A stretch of DNA of 64,000 nt. Source: Sandaracinaceae bacterium. Lineage in GTDB: Bacteria; Myxococcota_A; Polyangia; Polyangiales; Houyiibacteriaceae. The stretch covers positions 129,575 to 193,574 of the forward strand of contig JADJJE010000001.1 of NCBI GenBank assembly GCA_016706685.1, given 5' to 3'. The position numbers and the translations under genes were made by a program. The stretch's first letter is position 1. Every line of letters begins with the position of its first letter. The notes beneath the pieces are model-generated. The model was given only the letters and a program-made list of their open reading frames with translations. It did no database searches and was not told the DNA's origin. Of the stretch, positions 1-8,693 are shown piece after piece.

Positions 1-1
1 C

Positions 2-274
2 GTGGGCGAGGCGATCGCGGCCGGCGTGCCGCTGATCGTGCCCAGCGTGGGGGGCGCTGCCGAGCTGGCCCGCGCGGAGTACGCGGAGGTGTACCGCGCT
101 GGCGACCCTGCGGACTGCGCGGCCGCCATCGAGCGATTCGCTTACCGGGATCAAGCCGGGATGCGCGCCGCGGCATCCCACGCGGGTCGGACCATGGTGC
201 TCGACGCGGAGCGCCACTTCGACGGCCTCTTCGCCACGTACAGCGGCATGGTCCGTGAAGCGCGGGAGTCCTGA
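2..274 (+). CDS. glycosyltransferase family 1 (GT-B fold), C-terminal fragment; 5' end is outside the window
   Basis: The ORF is open to the window edge. GEAIAAGVPLIVPSVGGAAELA resembles the GT1 C-terminal nucleotide-sugar binding segment. Stop TGA 272-274 abuts the GTG start of the next gene. Confidence 0.6.
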   Translation: MGEAIAAGVPLIVPSVGGAAELARAEYAEVYRAGDPADCAAAIERFAYRDQAGMRAAASHAGRTMVLDAERHFDGLFATYSGMVREARES

Positions 275-1264
275 GTGGCGGTGCGGGTAGCCCTCTTCGT
301 TCATGGTCGCGGCCGGGGTCACGCGTCGCGCGCACGCGCCTGCCTCCCCGCGTTGCGTGCCGCTGGACTCGAGGTGTCCTGCTTCGTCGGGCGCGAGGTC
401 GCGGGCATGCTCGACGACCTCGGCGAAGTCTGTCGCATCGACACGTGCGGCCCGGGGAAGCGGCTCCCCCAGCGCTTTGCCGCGCGCGTGCGCGAGGACA
501 TCTCGCGCCTGCGCCATGTGGATCCGGAGGTGGTCATCAGCGACGGTGACGGCCCCTCGATCCACGCCGCTCTCGCGCTCGGCATCCCGTCGGTGGCGGT
601 GGGTCACGGCGTGCTCTACGCGACGTGCCACATCGAAGCGCCTCTTCCGCATCTCTCGCGCGCTCGCGAAGCGCTCAACGCTGCGAGCTCGACGTGGTGC
701 GCTACCCGAAGGGTGGTGGTGCACTTCGCGCCCGCTCGGCCCTTTGCGCCCGGCACCAGCGTGGGGCGCCCTGACCTTCCGGCGGCTCTCACTGGCACCC
801 CGAGCGACGACGGCTCGGTGCTGGCGTACTTCCGCGACGACGACGGCTACACATGGCTCGAGCACCTCGCAAGGAGTGGGGAACGTGTCGTGCTGTTCGG
901 GAACCCCACGCGAGTCCCGGCGGGCGTCACGGTGCACCGCCCGGATCCCGAGTCCTTCGCCGAGCACCTCCTCCGCTGTCGCGGCGTGATCTCGTCGGCG
1001 GGCAACCACCTCCCCGCCGAGTGCGCACTGCTGGGCAAGCCACTGTTGGCCACGTTCGCACGGCATGATGCGGAGCACCGCATGAACGCTGCGTTGATCG
1101 AGTCGGCGCGGATTGGAGTCGCTGCGCCCGTCGAACGGGTCGTACCGGCCGCGATCGATCGCTTCCGGGCACTGGGGCACACCAGCACCCGTCGCAGCGC
1201 CATTCATGGCATGCGCCCGGCGTCGGCCATGGTGACCGAGGCCGTACTCGAACTCGTTCGCTAG
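275..1264 (+). CDS. glycosyltransferase, MurG/GT28-like
   Basis: 329-aa ORF with a GTG start directly after the upstream stop. The N-terminal VALFVHGRGRGHASRA loop and C-terminal ISSAGNHLPAECALLGKPLL are typical of GT28/MGT-type GT-B enzymes. Confidence 0.55.
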   Translation: MAVRVALFVHGRGRGHASRARACLPALRAAGLEVSCFVGREVAGMLDDLGEVCRIDTCGPGKRLPQRFAARVREDISRLRHVDPEVVISDGDGPSIHAALALGIPSVAVGHGVLYATCHIEAPLPHLSRAREALNAASSTWCATRRVVVHFAPARPFAPGTSVGRPDLPAALTGTPSDDGSVLAYFRDDDGYTWLEHLARSGERVVLFGNPTRVPAGVTVHRPDPESFAEHLLRCRGVISSAGNHLPAECALLGKPLLATFARHDAEHRMNAALIESARIGVAAPVERVVPAAIDRFRALGHTSTRRSAIHGMRPASAMVTEAVLELVR

Positions 1265-1362
1265 CCGGCGCACCCCTCGAGCCTGCCACCATCCAAACGT
1301 GGCACGACGCTGTCACGCGATGGTGGCGAGAATGCGACCTTCGAGTGCGACGGTGCCAGCGT

Positions 1363-2109
1363 ATGTACTCACGCGCCTTCTACGAGCGTCGGCAAGCAGC
1401 CAAAGAAGTTGCCGCCGAAGTTGTCCTCGACCTCCTGCTCCCGGTGCTCCCCCCAGTCCGAACGGCGGTCGACGTCGGCTGCGGCGTAGGGACGTGGCTC
1501 GCTGCGCTCGCATCGCGTGGCGTCGACGTGTCGGGATTCGATGGACCCTGGGTAGACGTGAAGCACCTGCGCATCGATCGCGCGCGGTTCCGGAGCGTGG
1601 ACCTCGCCCAACCGCTCCCGCTCGTGAAGCGCTGTGACCTGGCGATCTGCCTCGAAGTCGCAGAGCACCTGCCCGAGAAGGTGGCCCCGACGGTCGTCGA
1701 GAACCTCACGCGGCTCTCCAACATCATCCTGTTCTCCGCCGCCATCCCCGGCCAGGGTGGCACGGGTCACGCCAACGAGCAGTGGCCGGACTACTGGGCC
1801 GCTCACTTCGAAGCGCGAGGATATGCGCTCGCGGATGTCGTGCGGGCGCCCATCTGGGACGACGAGCGGGTGCCCTACTGGTACCGCCAGAACACCTTCG
1901 TCTATGTCGCGCGGGGGGCTCTCGACCGTGTGTCGCCAGCCCTTCGGGACGCGGTGGAAGCGGGTCCTCGTCAGCCGCTGCGCGCGGTTCACCCTGCCCT
2001 CTTCGACGAGAAGCGGCACGGTCACGTCGGGGGGCTGGTGCATCGTCTCGGCCAGGTGGGGCGGGGCCTGGCACAGACGCTCGCCGCGCACCTCCCGCTC
2101 GCAACCTGA
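1363..2109 (+). CDS. class I SAM-dependent methyltransferase
   Basis: VDVGCGVGTWLAAL is motif I (GxGxG). DLAICLEVAEHL and ILFSAAIPGQGG follow. ATG 1363 is preferred over ATG 1345, but the start is uncertain. Confidence 0.7.
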   Translation: MYSRAFYERRQAAKEVAAEVVLDLLLPVLPPVRTAVDVGCGVGTWLAALASRGVDVSGFDGPWVDVKHLRIDRARFRSVDLAQPLPLVKRCDLAICLEVAEHLPEKVAPTVVENLTRLSNIILFSAAIPGQGGTGHANEQWPDYWAAHFEARGYALADVVRAPIWDDERVPYWYRQNTFVYVARGALDRVSPALRDAVEAGPRQPLRAVHPALFDEKRHGHVGGLVHRLGQVGRGLAQTLAAHLPLAT

Positions 2110-2130
2110 GCCGTCGCAGGAGACCGCAGG

Positions 2131-2500
2131 ATGCGAGGCGCGGATGATGTGCCCACCGTCCGGACGCCAGCGTGTGTGGCCGCGCTGGTCGCGTGGGGCG
2201 CATGCGGCATCCTTTGGTGGCTGGTGGCCGCACGCCTGGAAGCCGGAGACACCGATGGCGTCCCGGGTTTGATCCGAGCCGCCGTGCGCGGCGGGGTCAT
2301 CACACCCGCCGATGCGTGGGCCTCTGCGATGCGACGCGTCGCGTGCGCACTCGCCCTCATCTCCCTGCCGTGGGTCTTTCCGCAGCACTGGGCCCGGCGC
2401 CGAGAGCTCGCGGCAGCGCTCGTCGGGGAGAGCACACCCGAGACCGTGGCCTTCCTGCGCATCGTGGTCACCGCGGTCCTGCTCGGTGTGTCCTTGCGGA
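2131..2500 (+). pseudogene. 5' fragment of an HTTM-like polytopic membrane protein gene, truncated by the IS66 insertion
   Basis: Hydrophobic segments (ACVAALVAWGACGILWWLVAARL, TVAFLRIVVTAVLLGVSL) run straight into the left IS terminus at 2501. The reading frame reconciles with the 4853-6142 part if one base is restored in the left target-duplication copy. Confidence 0.45.
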
Positions 2501-2523
2501 GTGACCGATCAGCGACACCGGGA
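2501..2523. repeat. IS66 left terminal inverted repeat (GTGACCGATCAGCGACACCGGGA)
   Basis: The reverse complement of 4830-4852 is GTGAGCCATCAGCGACACCGGGA, with 2 mismatches in 23. Confidence 0.8.
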
Positions 2524-2606
2524 GGCAGCCGAGTTCGGCCCGTGCGAGCCTGAGCGGGGGCTCGTCGCGTGTGCGGGGTTCAGGGCGAGGGGAGACGCAG
2601 CGGGCG

Positions 2607-4040
2607 TCATGTCCGCCACTCGAGCGAGCTACGTCGCGGTGGGTGCCGGAGTCGCTCGAAGGCCCAGGCAAAGGTAGGCCTGCACGGGCACCCCGATGGC
2701 GCGGCAGGTGGCCACGATGCCGAGGGGCGCAGGCGCGGTGGGCGCCTTCCGAGCTGCCCGCGAAGGCATGTTCGGGCAGTTTCGCGACGGTCTGGAGCGC
2801 GCTCCGTGGGCGAGTTGTCGTGGGCGTCCGGGTCGTCGATGAAGCGGAAGAGCGCGTCGCGGTGGTTCCTGTAGTAGCGCACCGCGGCCATGAGCGGCTC
2901 CGAGGGCAGGAGCACGGGCTCGACGGCGGCGAGCCAGACCTCGAAGTCGTTCGCGATGGGCCGGATGTAGCGCTGGCGATGCTCTCGTAGAGCTTCGCCA
3001 ACCAGACCCAGCGCCTGCGCCTTGTCCTCTTCGCCGTAGATGGCCCCGATAAAGGCCCCGCCCTCTTTGGCCAGCCCCGGCTGGGTGGCTTCGGCGTCGC
3101 GAAACTTGCGGCGCCCGTGGGCGTTGCAGCCGGTCTCGATCACGCGCCCCGTCTCGAACACTGCGTTGAAGCGATGCTCGGCGTCCGCGGTGAGCTTGCC
3201 CACGAACGGCGCGAGCTTGGACACCACCGACTCGCTGCTCTTGTCGGCCTCGTACTGGAAGACCGCGAGATCCTCGTTGCGGTACAGCTCGATGTAGCCG
3301 TTGTGCGCGACCGGGAGCTTGGGCACGAGCACCTTGAGGCCCGTTCCGTCGGTGGCCATCCACGAGCCCGCGAGCAGCTGTCGCCAGTGATAGCCGTCCA
3401 CGGGCGCGAGCAGATCCGCAGCCCGCTCGATGAACGACACCAGCGTGCCCATCGCCAGCGGAACACCGCGCTCGGCGAGGTCACGACGGGCGGTCAGGGG
3501 CGTCCGAACTTCGGGAACCACGCCAGCCACTCGCACGTGACCTTCGAGCGGTCGTAGGGCGCGGGCAGCGAGCGTGGTGTCGTGCGTCCACCGCAACTGC
3601 GGCAACGGCACGTGGTGCGGCGCACCAAGCGTCGACGCTGATGCTCCTTCACCACGTGGAGCTTCTCCTCCACCAGCTCCTCGGCCGCATCGAGCGCGGC
3701 GCTGCCGCAGTGCGCGCACGCGTCGGGGCGAAGCGCATGCTCCTCTGCCTCAAGGTGCGGCGGGACCTTCTTGCGGCCGGTGGGCTTCACCGGCGACTTG
3801 GCCTTTTCCTCCTCGTCAGGCTTCTCCGGGCGCCTGCATGTTCCTCGAACATGCCGGGTGTCGCCCTCCACCGTGGGCGGCGGCGCGGTGGCTTCGGCGC
3901 GGGGTCTTGCGCTGCTTGCGCTGGGCGATGGCCAGCAGCTCGGCCACGCGCTCGTTCAGCTTTGCGAGTTGGTCGATGAGCTGAGCGATCTGCTTTCGCT
4001 GCTCCGCGTTCTCTCGCTGAAGTGCGGCGACATCGACCAC
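2607..4040 (-). pseudogene. tnpC: IS66 transposase TnpC, multiply frameshifted
   Basis: The parts lie in different frames. The leucine-zipper N-terminus is MVDVAALQRENAEQRKQIAQLIDQLAKLNERV (3816-4040). The Zn-finger part is CAHCGS...CRCRSCGG (3494-3871). The DDE core is WMATDGTGLKV...GCNAHGRRKF...RYYRNHRDALFRFIDDP (2607-3719). C-terminal pieces (GIVATCRAIGVPVQAYL, WAFERL, GTHRDV) lie in three frames. Confidence 0.8.
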
Positions 4041-4052
4041 GGCGACAAGAGA

Positions 4053-4421
4053 TCACGCCCGTGATCGACGTGCCGATCCCACCGACCGGGCGCGGCCCCG
4101 GCGCGCGGCGGTGAAGTCGATGCCGGCGAGCAGCGACGCGAACGCAGTTCCGTCGATCTGCACCTGCGTTTCCGCACCGTCGAGGGGTGGCACCTGAAAG
4201 CTGCCCGCCTCGAGCCGCTTCGCCAGAAGGCACCAGCCCGAGCCATCAAACCACAGCGCCTTCGCGATCCGTCGACGCTTGTTCATGAACAAGTACAGGT
4301 GCCCATCCACCGGGTCGAGACCGAGCCGACGCACCGCCCCCGCCAGCGAGTCGAACGAGCCGCGCATGTCGATGGGCTCCACCGCGACGAACACCCGCAC
4401 GGTGGGAGGCAGGCTCAGCAC
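4053..4421 (-). CDS. tnpB: IS66 accessory protein TnpB (IS66 Orf2)
   Basis: VLSLPPTVRVFVAVEPIDMRGSFDSLAGAVRRLGLDPVDGHLYLFMNKRRRIAKALWFDGSGWCLLAKRLE is the conserved IS66 Orf2 sequence. The GTG start overlaps the tnpA stop (GTGCTGA). Confidence 0.8.
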   Translation of the reverse strand: MLSLPPTVRVFVAVEPIDMRGSFDSLAGAVRRLGLDPVDGHLYLFMNKRRRIAKALWFDGSGWCLLAKRLEAGSFQVPPLDGAETQVQIDGTAFASLLAGIDFTAARRGRARSVGSARRSRA

Positions 4422-4778
4422 GCGCGCAGCACCGTCACGATTCGGCGAAGCGTCTCGTCCTGGAAGCCGTCGCCGAACTCCACGCGAGCGCCGTTCACCT
4501 CGAGCACGTAGTGCCGCGCCGGTGGGCGCCGTGACCGGCCGAGGGGTGGGCACCAGCTCCACGAGGCCGCTGCGCGCGAGCCTCACCTGTGCCTTGGCAG
4601 GTGGAGCCTTGGCGGCCTTCGCCTCGCGCCTGCCCAGGTTCACGCGCCACGCGTTCAGCGAGCGTCCATCGATGCCGTGCTCGCGAGCCCACTCGGCGAG
4701 CGGCCGCCCCGAAGCCACCACCGCTCGCAGACACCTCCGAGCCTCGAGCTCCTCTTCGATCCTTCGCGCCTTCGCCAC
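4415..4778 (-). pseudogene. tnpA: IS66 TnpA (Orf1), frameshifted
   Basis: The N-terminus MAKARRIEEELEARRCLRAVVASGRPLAEWAREHGIDGRSLNAWRVNL and the C-terminus LEVNGARVEFGDGFQDETLRRIVTVLRAC* are in different frames. The shift is near 4500. Confidence 0.65.
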
Positions 4779-4829
4779 ACATCACCTCCGGGAAAACCCA
4801 AAGGCTGCGCGGCACCCACGCGGCCGTCA

Positions 4830-4852
4830 TCCCGGTGTCGCTGATGGCTCAC
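4830..4852. repeat. IS66 right terminal inverted repeat
   Basis: Pairs with 2501-2523. It is followed by ttcgcgga, the target-duplication copy. Confidence 0.8.
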
Positions 4853-6142
4853 TTCGCGGAAGACCTATCCAGCATCGCGCTGCTGCCGGAGTCGTCGCTT
4901 CGCCCCAAAGGAGTGCTCCTGCTGCTGGACGCCGTCCCGGCTTTTCACGCCTTCTCGCGCGACGGGAGCGCGCTCCGTGCCTTCGCGTGGCTGACGCGCG
5001 GGCTGCTGGGCCTCGCGCTCGTGGGCTACCGAGGGCGGGCCACGGTGCCGGCTGCGGCGATGATGATGATGGTCTTCGGCGGACTGCTGCGTGGCTACGC
5101 CAACTCCTTCCACGCAGGCCTCTTACCAGTCTGGCTGCTGCTGGTCCTCTCGTTCTTCCCGACCACCGACACTTGGTCGCTCGATGCCTGGCGTTCGCGT
5201 TCCACTCCCGCACACCACCTTCGAGGGCGAGGCGCGCTCTACGGCTGGGCCCGCTACACATTCTGGAGCGTGCTCTCGCTCGCGTACTTCGCTGCGGGCA
5301 CGAGCAAGCTCTTCAACGGAGGGCCACTGTGGTGGGAACCGAACAACATGCGCGTGATCCTCGCAATGGACGGTCTGAATCCCATGGAGCTCCCGTTCCG
5401 CTTGGGACTACCCTTCGCGACCGGCCCCGCCTGGCCGCTCGCGCTCCTCGGGCTCTCCGCTCTTTCCGTCGAGCTCGGGATGATCAGCATGCTCTTTTCA
5501 CAGCGCCTGCGCTGGGTCATGCCGGCTGCGATGCTCGCCACCCATGTCGGCATCGCGCTGCTCCAGAACGTGCTCTTCGCCGACCTGATCGTGCTGCTCG
5601 CAGCGTTCTATGCGCAGCGCTGGACGGACCGGTGCTCCGCCAGCCAGAGCGTCTACCTCGAGCAGCGCAACCCGATCTCGCGGTCGACCTCGGCCGAGCG
5701 CGACGCTGCGCATTCGAGAGGCTCCCGTGTCTTCGCGGCGTTCGCGTGCACCTTCATCGTCGCCAACCTCGTGGGGATCGAGCTCTATCCACTCACCGGC
5801 ATGCAGATGTACTCGCGCAGAAACCACGATGGCGTCGTGCGCTATCACCGCATCGTGGCGATCGACGCCCTGGGCCATGAGAAAGCTGCGCATCCGGAGC
5901 ACTGGGTCGGGGCGCTCCGCGATTCCCGCTACCGCTTTCACCTGCACCGCTGCTTCGACGACGGTGACCCAAGACCGTGCCGCGACTTCCTGAGCGGCTT
6001 CGCGCAATTCCTCGCGGCGTCTCCGGCTCACGACGACGTCGTAGCGCTAGAAGCCCAAGAGTGGCGCTGGTCCATTCGTGACCACCCCTCGGATCCGGGT
6101 CACGGAGCCATCCACGCGCGCGTCAGCGTCGCTGTGGAGTGA
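4844..6142 (+). CDS. HTTM-like (vitamin K-dependent gamma-carboxylase-type horizontally transferred transmembrane domain) membrane protein, 5'-truncated by IS66
   Basis: Several hydrophobic helices (GLLGLALVGY, AAAMMMMVFGGLL, LLPVWLLLVLSFFPTTDTWSLDAW, WARYTFWSVLSLAYFAAGTSKL) give an HTTM-like pattern. Host sequence starts at 4853. An in-frame ATG at 4844 lies inside the IS right repeat. Confidence 0.55.
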   Translation: MAHFAEDLSSIALLPESSLRPKGVLLLLDAVPAFHAFSRDGSALRAFAWLTRGLLGLALVGYRGRATVPAAAMMMMVFGGLLRGYANSFHAGLLPVWLLLVLSFFPTTDTWSLDAWRSRSTPAHHLRGRGALYGWARYTFWSVLSLAYFAAGTSKLFNGGPLWWEPNNMRVILAMDGLNPMELPFRLGLPFATGPAWPLALLGLSALSVELGMISMLFSQRLRWVMPAAMLATHVGIALLQNVLFADLIVLLAAFYAQRWTDRCSASQSVYLEQRNPISRSTSAERDAAHSRGSRVFAAFACTFIVANLVGIELYPLTGMQMYSRRNHDGVVRYHRIVAIDALGHEKAAHPEHWVGALRDSRYRFHLHRCFDDGDPRPCRDFLSGFAQFLAASPAHDDVVALEAQEWRWSIRDHPSDPGHGAIHARVSVAVE

Positions 6143-6149
6143 GCGGCGC

Positions 6150-7073
6150 TCAGGCTTCGCCGATGGTGTGCACGTTGCTCGCTACGTCGAACATGCCGCG
6201 GCGCTTGGCAGCGGCCAGCACGCGCAGCGCCTCGCGGTAGCCGCGCGTCATCAACACCTTGGCGTTGGCCCGCGAGGTGAACGAGAAGCGCCCGAGGTCG
6301 GCCGACACGTTCAGCACGGTGACGTGCGGATACAGGCGGTTGATCAGATCGATGCCGCGCTTCTCTTTCTCGCTGATGACGATGTTGACCGCCTGGCGCC
6401 CGATGGCGAGGCCGCCAGAGTGAACCAGCGAGCGCTGCCCCGGCCGGATGACGTGCGGGCGGTAGACGTTGGAGATGATGACCACGTCGGCGCCGGCTTC
6501 CACGGCGAGGTCGATGCTGAGCGTACGCACCAGCTCGCCATCCATGTAGTAGCGGTCGCCGATGCGGTAGGGCCGGAAGAGGAGCGGCACGCACGACGAC
6601 GCAGCCACGGCCTGGCTGATGGGCACGTCGTCGCGGTAGCCGCGCCCGAACACCACGCGGCCGCGGCCGTCGATGTCCGACGCCGTGACGAACACGTCCT
6701 TGTTCAGCGCGCGGAAGTCGTTCTGCGGCAGCTTCTCGGCCAGGAAGCGCTCGAAGCGGTCGATGGAGAGCAGGCCGCTGGTCAGATAGCCCGGCTGGCT
6801 GAGCTGCTCGAGGTTGGGCGCGCCCAGGAAGTAGCGCCCGCGCATGGGGTTGGTCTCGGCACCAGTGCCCTTGTAGAAAGGGCGCACCCAGTCGGCCAGC
6901 TGGGACGCCGTGAAGCCTTGAGAGAAGAACGCCGAGGCGATAGCCCCCGCGGACGCACCCACGTAGATGTCGGGCTCGAGCGCCAGCTCTTCCATCGCCT
7001 TGAGGACGCCCAAGTGAGCCACTCCCTTGGTGGCGCCTCCAGATCCAACGAAAGCGATGCGCGGTTTACCCAT
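6150..7073 (-). CDS. patatin-like phospholipase
   Basis: GSGGATKG (oxyanion GxGxxG), GASAG (GxSxG nucleophile) and MDGE (catalytic Asp-Gly) occur in canonical order. Confidence 0.85.
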   Translation of the reverse strand: MGKPRIAFVGSGGATKGVAHLGVLKAMEELALEPDIYVGASAGAIASAFFSQGFTASQLADWVRPFYKGTGAETNPMRGRYFLGAPNLEQLSQPGYLTSGLLSIDRFERFLAEKLPQNDFRALNKDVFVTASDIDGRGRVVFGRGYRDDVPISQAVAASSCVPLLFRPYRIGDRYYMDGELVRTLSIDLAVEAGADVVIISNVYRPHVIRPGQRSLVHSGGLAIGRQAVNIVISEKEKRGIDLINRLYPHVTVLNVSADLGRFSFTSRANAKVLMTRGYREALRVLAAAKRRGMFDVASNVHTIGEA

Positions 7074-7374
7074 GAGGGGATGGTTTCGCGCCCGGAGCGG
7101 CGGGTCAAGTGCAGGGTGCGGGAGAGACGCTGGTTCAGCTCGTTCTCGCTCGCCGGGGCGCGTGAGGGGACTCGCGACACCACGGTGTCACGCGACGGTG
7201 GCCGGACTGCGACGTCACGGTGCGATGGTCGTGCCGTATGTACTCAACAGCTTGCCACGAGTGTCCCGTTCGCTCGACCGTCGACTTCCCGCGAGCAGCG
7301 CTGGAACGTGTCCCTCTCTCCCCAAAGGCCACCGTCGGGGGCGGCTGCAATCGGCGCCTGACGAACGGGGAGCC

Positions 7375-8688
7375 ATGAAGGTCTGCGTCGTTGGATCGGG
7401 TTACGTGGGGTTGGTCACCGGGGCCTGCCTCGCTGAGGCCGGGAATACAGTCCTGTCCGTCGACAAGGACCAGGAAAAGGTGGACGCGCTGCTGCGTGGC
7501 GAGGTCCCCATCTACGAGCCCGGCCTGGGTAGCCTGATCGCGCAAAACATCGCGGCGGGCCGACTTCGATTCAGCACCGACATCGGCAGCGCGGTCGGCG
7601 AGGCCGACCTCGTGTTCCTGACCGTGGGCACGCCCGGGCGTCGCGATGGCGGCGCGGACTTGCGCGCGGTGGACGCCGTCGCCGCGTCGGTGGCTGAGCG
7701 CGTAACGCACCCGACCGTGTTGGTGCTCAAGAGTACGGTGCCCGTCGGGACGAATGAGCGGGTGCAGAAGATCGTGGCGAGCGCCGCGTTCCCCGTTCAC
7801 GTGGTCAGCAACCCCGAGTTCCTCAAGGAAGGCGCTGCGATCAAGGACTTCTTACACCCCGAGAGAATCGTCTGCGGTTATGGGGGGAACGACGAGCGCG
7901 TCCGCCCCTTGATGGAGCGCCTCTATCACCCTTACTGCCTCTCCGGCAGCCGCTTGATGTGGATGTCACCCGCAAGCGCCGAGCTCACGAAGTACGTGTC
8001 CAACACCATGCTGGCCATGCGCATCTCCTTCATGAACGAAGTGGCACTGCTGGCTGAGAAGGCGGGCGCGAACATCCACGACGTGCGTCACGCGGTCGGG
8101 GCTGACAGCCGCATCGGAGACAAGTTCCTACACGCTGGTGCGGGCTACGGCGGGTCTTGTTTCCCGAAGGACGTGCTGGCGCTCGCCACAGCAGGGCGCG
8201 ACTTCGGCGTCCCCATGGAGCTCTCAGAGGCCACGCATCGCGTGAATGAGCGGCAGAAGTCCGTGATCGTGGCGAAGCTCAAGTCGCGCTTCGGCGGAAC
8301 ACTCCGTGGCAAGCGCATTGCGGTTTGGGGCATCGCGTTCAAGCCGGACACAGACGACATCCGTGAGGCGCCGGCGCTGACTACCATCGACGTGCTCCTC
8401 AGTGAGGGCGCGTCCGTCGTGGCGCACGACCCCAAGGCGATGCAAGAGTTCCGCAGGCACCACGACGTCACGCTCGACTTGGTGAGCGACCCGTACGACG
8501 CCCTCGACGGGGCCGACGCGCTGGTGCTGCACACGGAGTGGCGCATCTACCAGAATCCAGACTTCGCACAGATGAAGCGACGCATGCGCCAGGCCTTTCT
8601 CATCGATGGGCGCAACGTCTGGTCCAGCTACCAACTCGAGGAGCAAGGCTTCGAGTACGACGGGATTGGCGTTCGAGCGACGCGGTGA
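7375..8688 (+). CDS. ugd: UDP-glucose 6-dehydrogenase
   Basis: MKVCVVGSGYVGLVTGACLAEAGN is the Rossmann motif. GGSCFPKDV holds the catalytic Cys. The C-terminal UDP-binding domain includes IAVWGIAFKPDTDDIREAP. Confidence 0.9.
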   Translation: MKVCVVGSGYVGLVTGACLAEAGNTVLSVDKDQEKVDALLRGEVPIYEPGLGSLIAQNIAAGRLRFSTDIGSAVGEADLVFLTVGTPGRRDGGADLRAVDAVAASVAERVTHPTVLVLKSTVPVGTNERVQKIVASAAFPVHVVSNPEFLKEGAAIKDFLHPERIVCGYGGNDERVRPLMERLYHPYCLSGSRLMWMSPASAELTKYVSNTMLAMRISFMNEVALLAEKAGANIHDVRHAVGADSRIGDKFLHAGAGYGGSCFPKDVLALATAGRDFGVPMELSEATHRVNERQKSVIVAKLKSRFGGTLRGKRIAVWGIAFKPDTDDIREAPALTTIDVLLSEGASVVAHDPKAMQEFRRHHDVTLDLVSDPYDALDGADALVLHTEWRIYQNPDFAQMKRRMRQAFLIDGRNVWSSYQLEEQGFEYDGIGVRATR

Positions 8689-8693
8689 CTCGT

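Larger units (their letters stand above)
2501..4852 (-). mobile_element. IS66-family insertion sequence, decayed (tnpA and tnpC frameshifted, tnpB intact)
   Basis: It has 23-bp terminal inverted repeats (21/23 identical) and a tnpA-tnpB-tnpC gene order on the minus strand. The flanks are near-identical, 7 bp on the left and 8 bp on the right (ttgcgga / ttcgcgga). IS66 elements make 8-bp target duplications. The 2352-bp length fits the family. Confidence 0.85.

Noticed and set aside
4279-5880. 533-aa plus-strand ORF spanning the IS boundary
   Set aside because: It runs antisense through IS66 tnpA/tnpB and out of frame into the HTTM-like gene. Its product is Arg/Pro/Ala-rich. It is not compatible with the IS structure.
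6150-7073. Patatin-like phospholipase as a CBASS (CapV-like) defence effector
   Set aside because: There is no CD-NTase/cyclase, E1/E2/JAB or other CBASS partner next to it. The neighbours are sugar and lipid metabolism genes.
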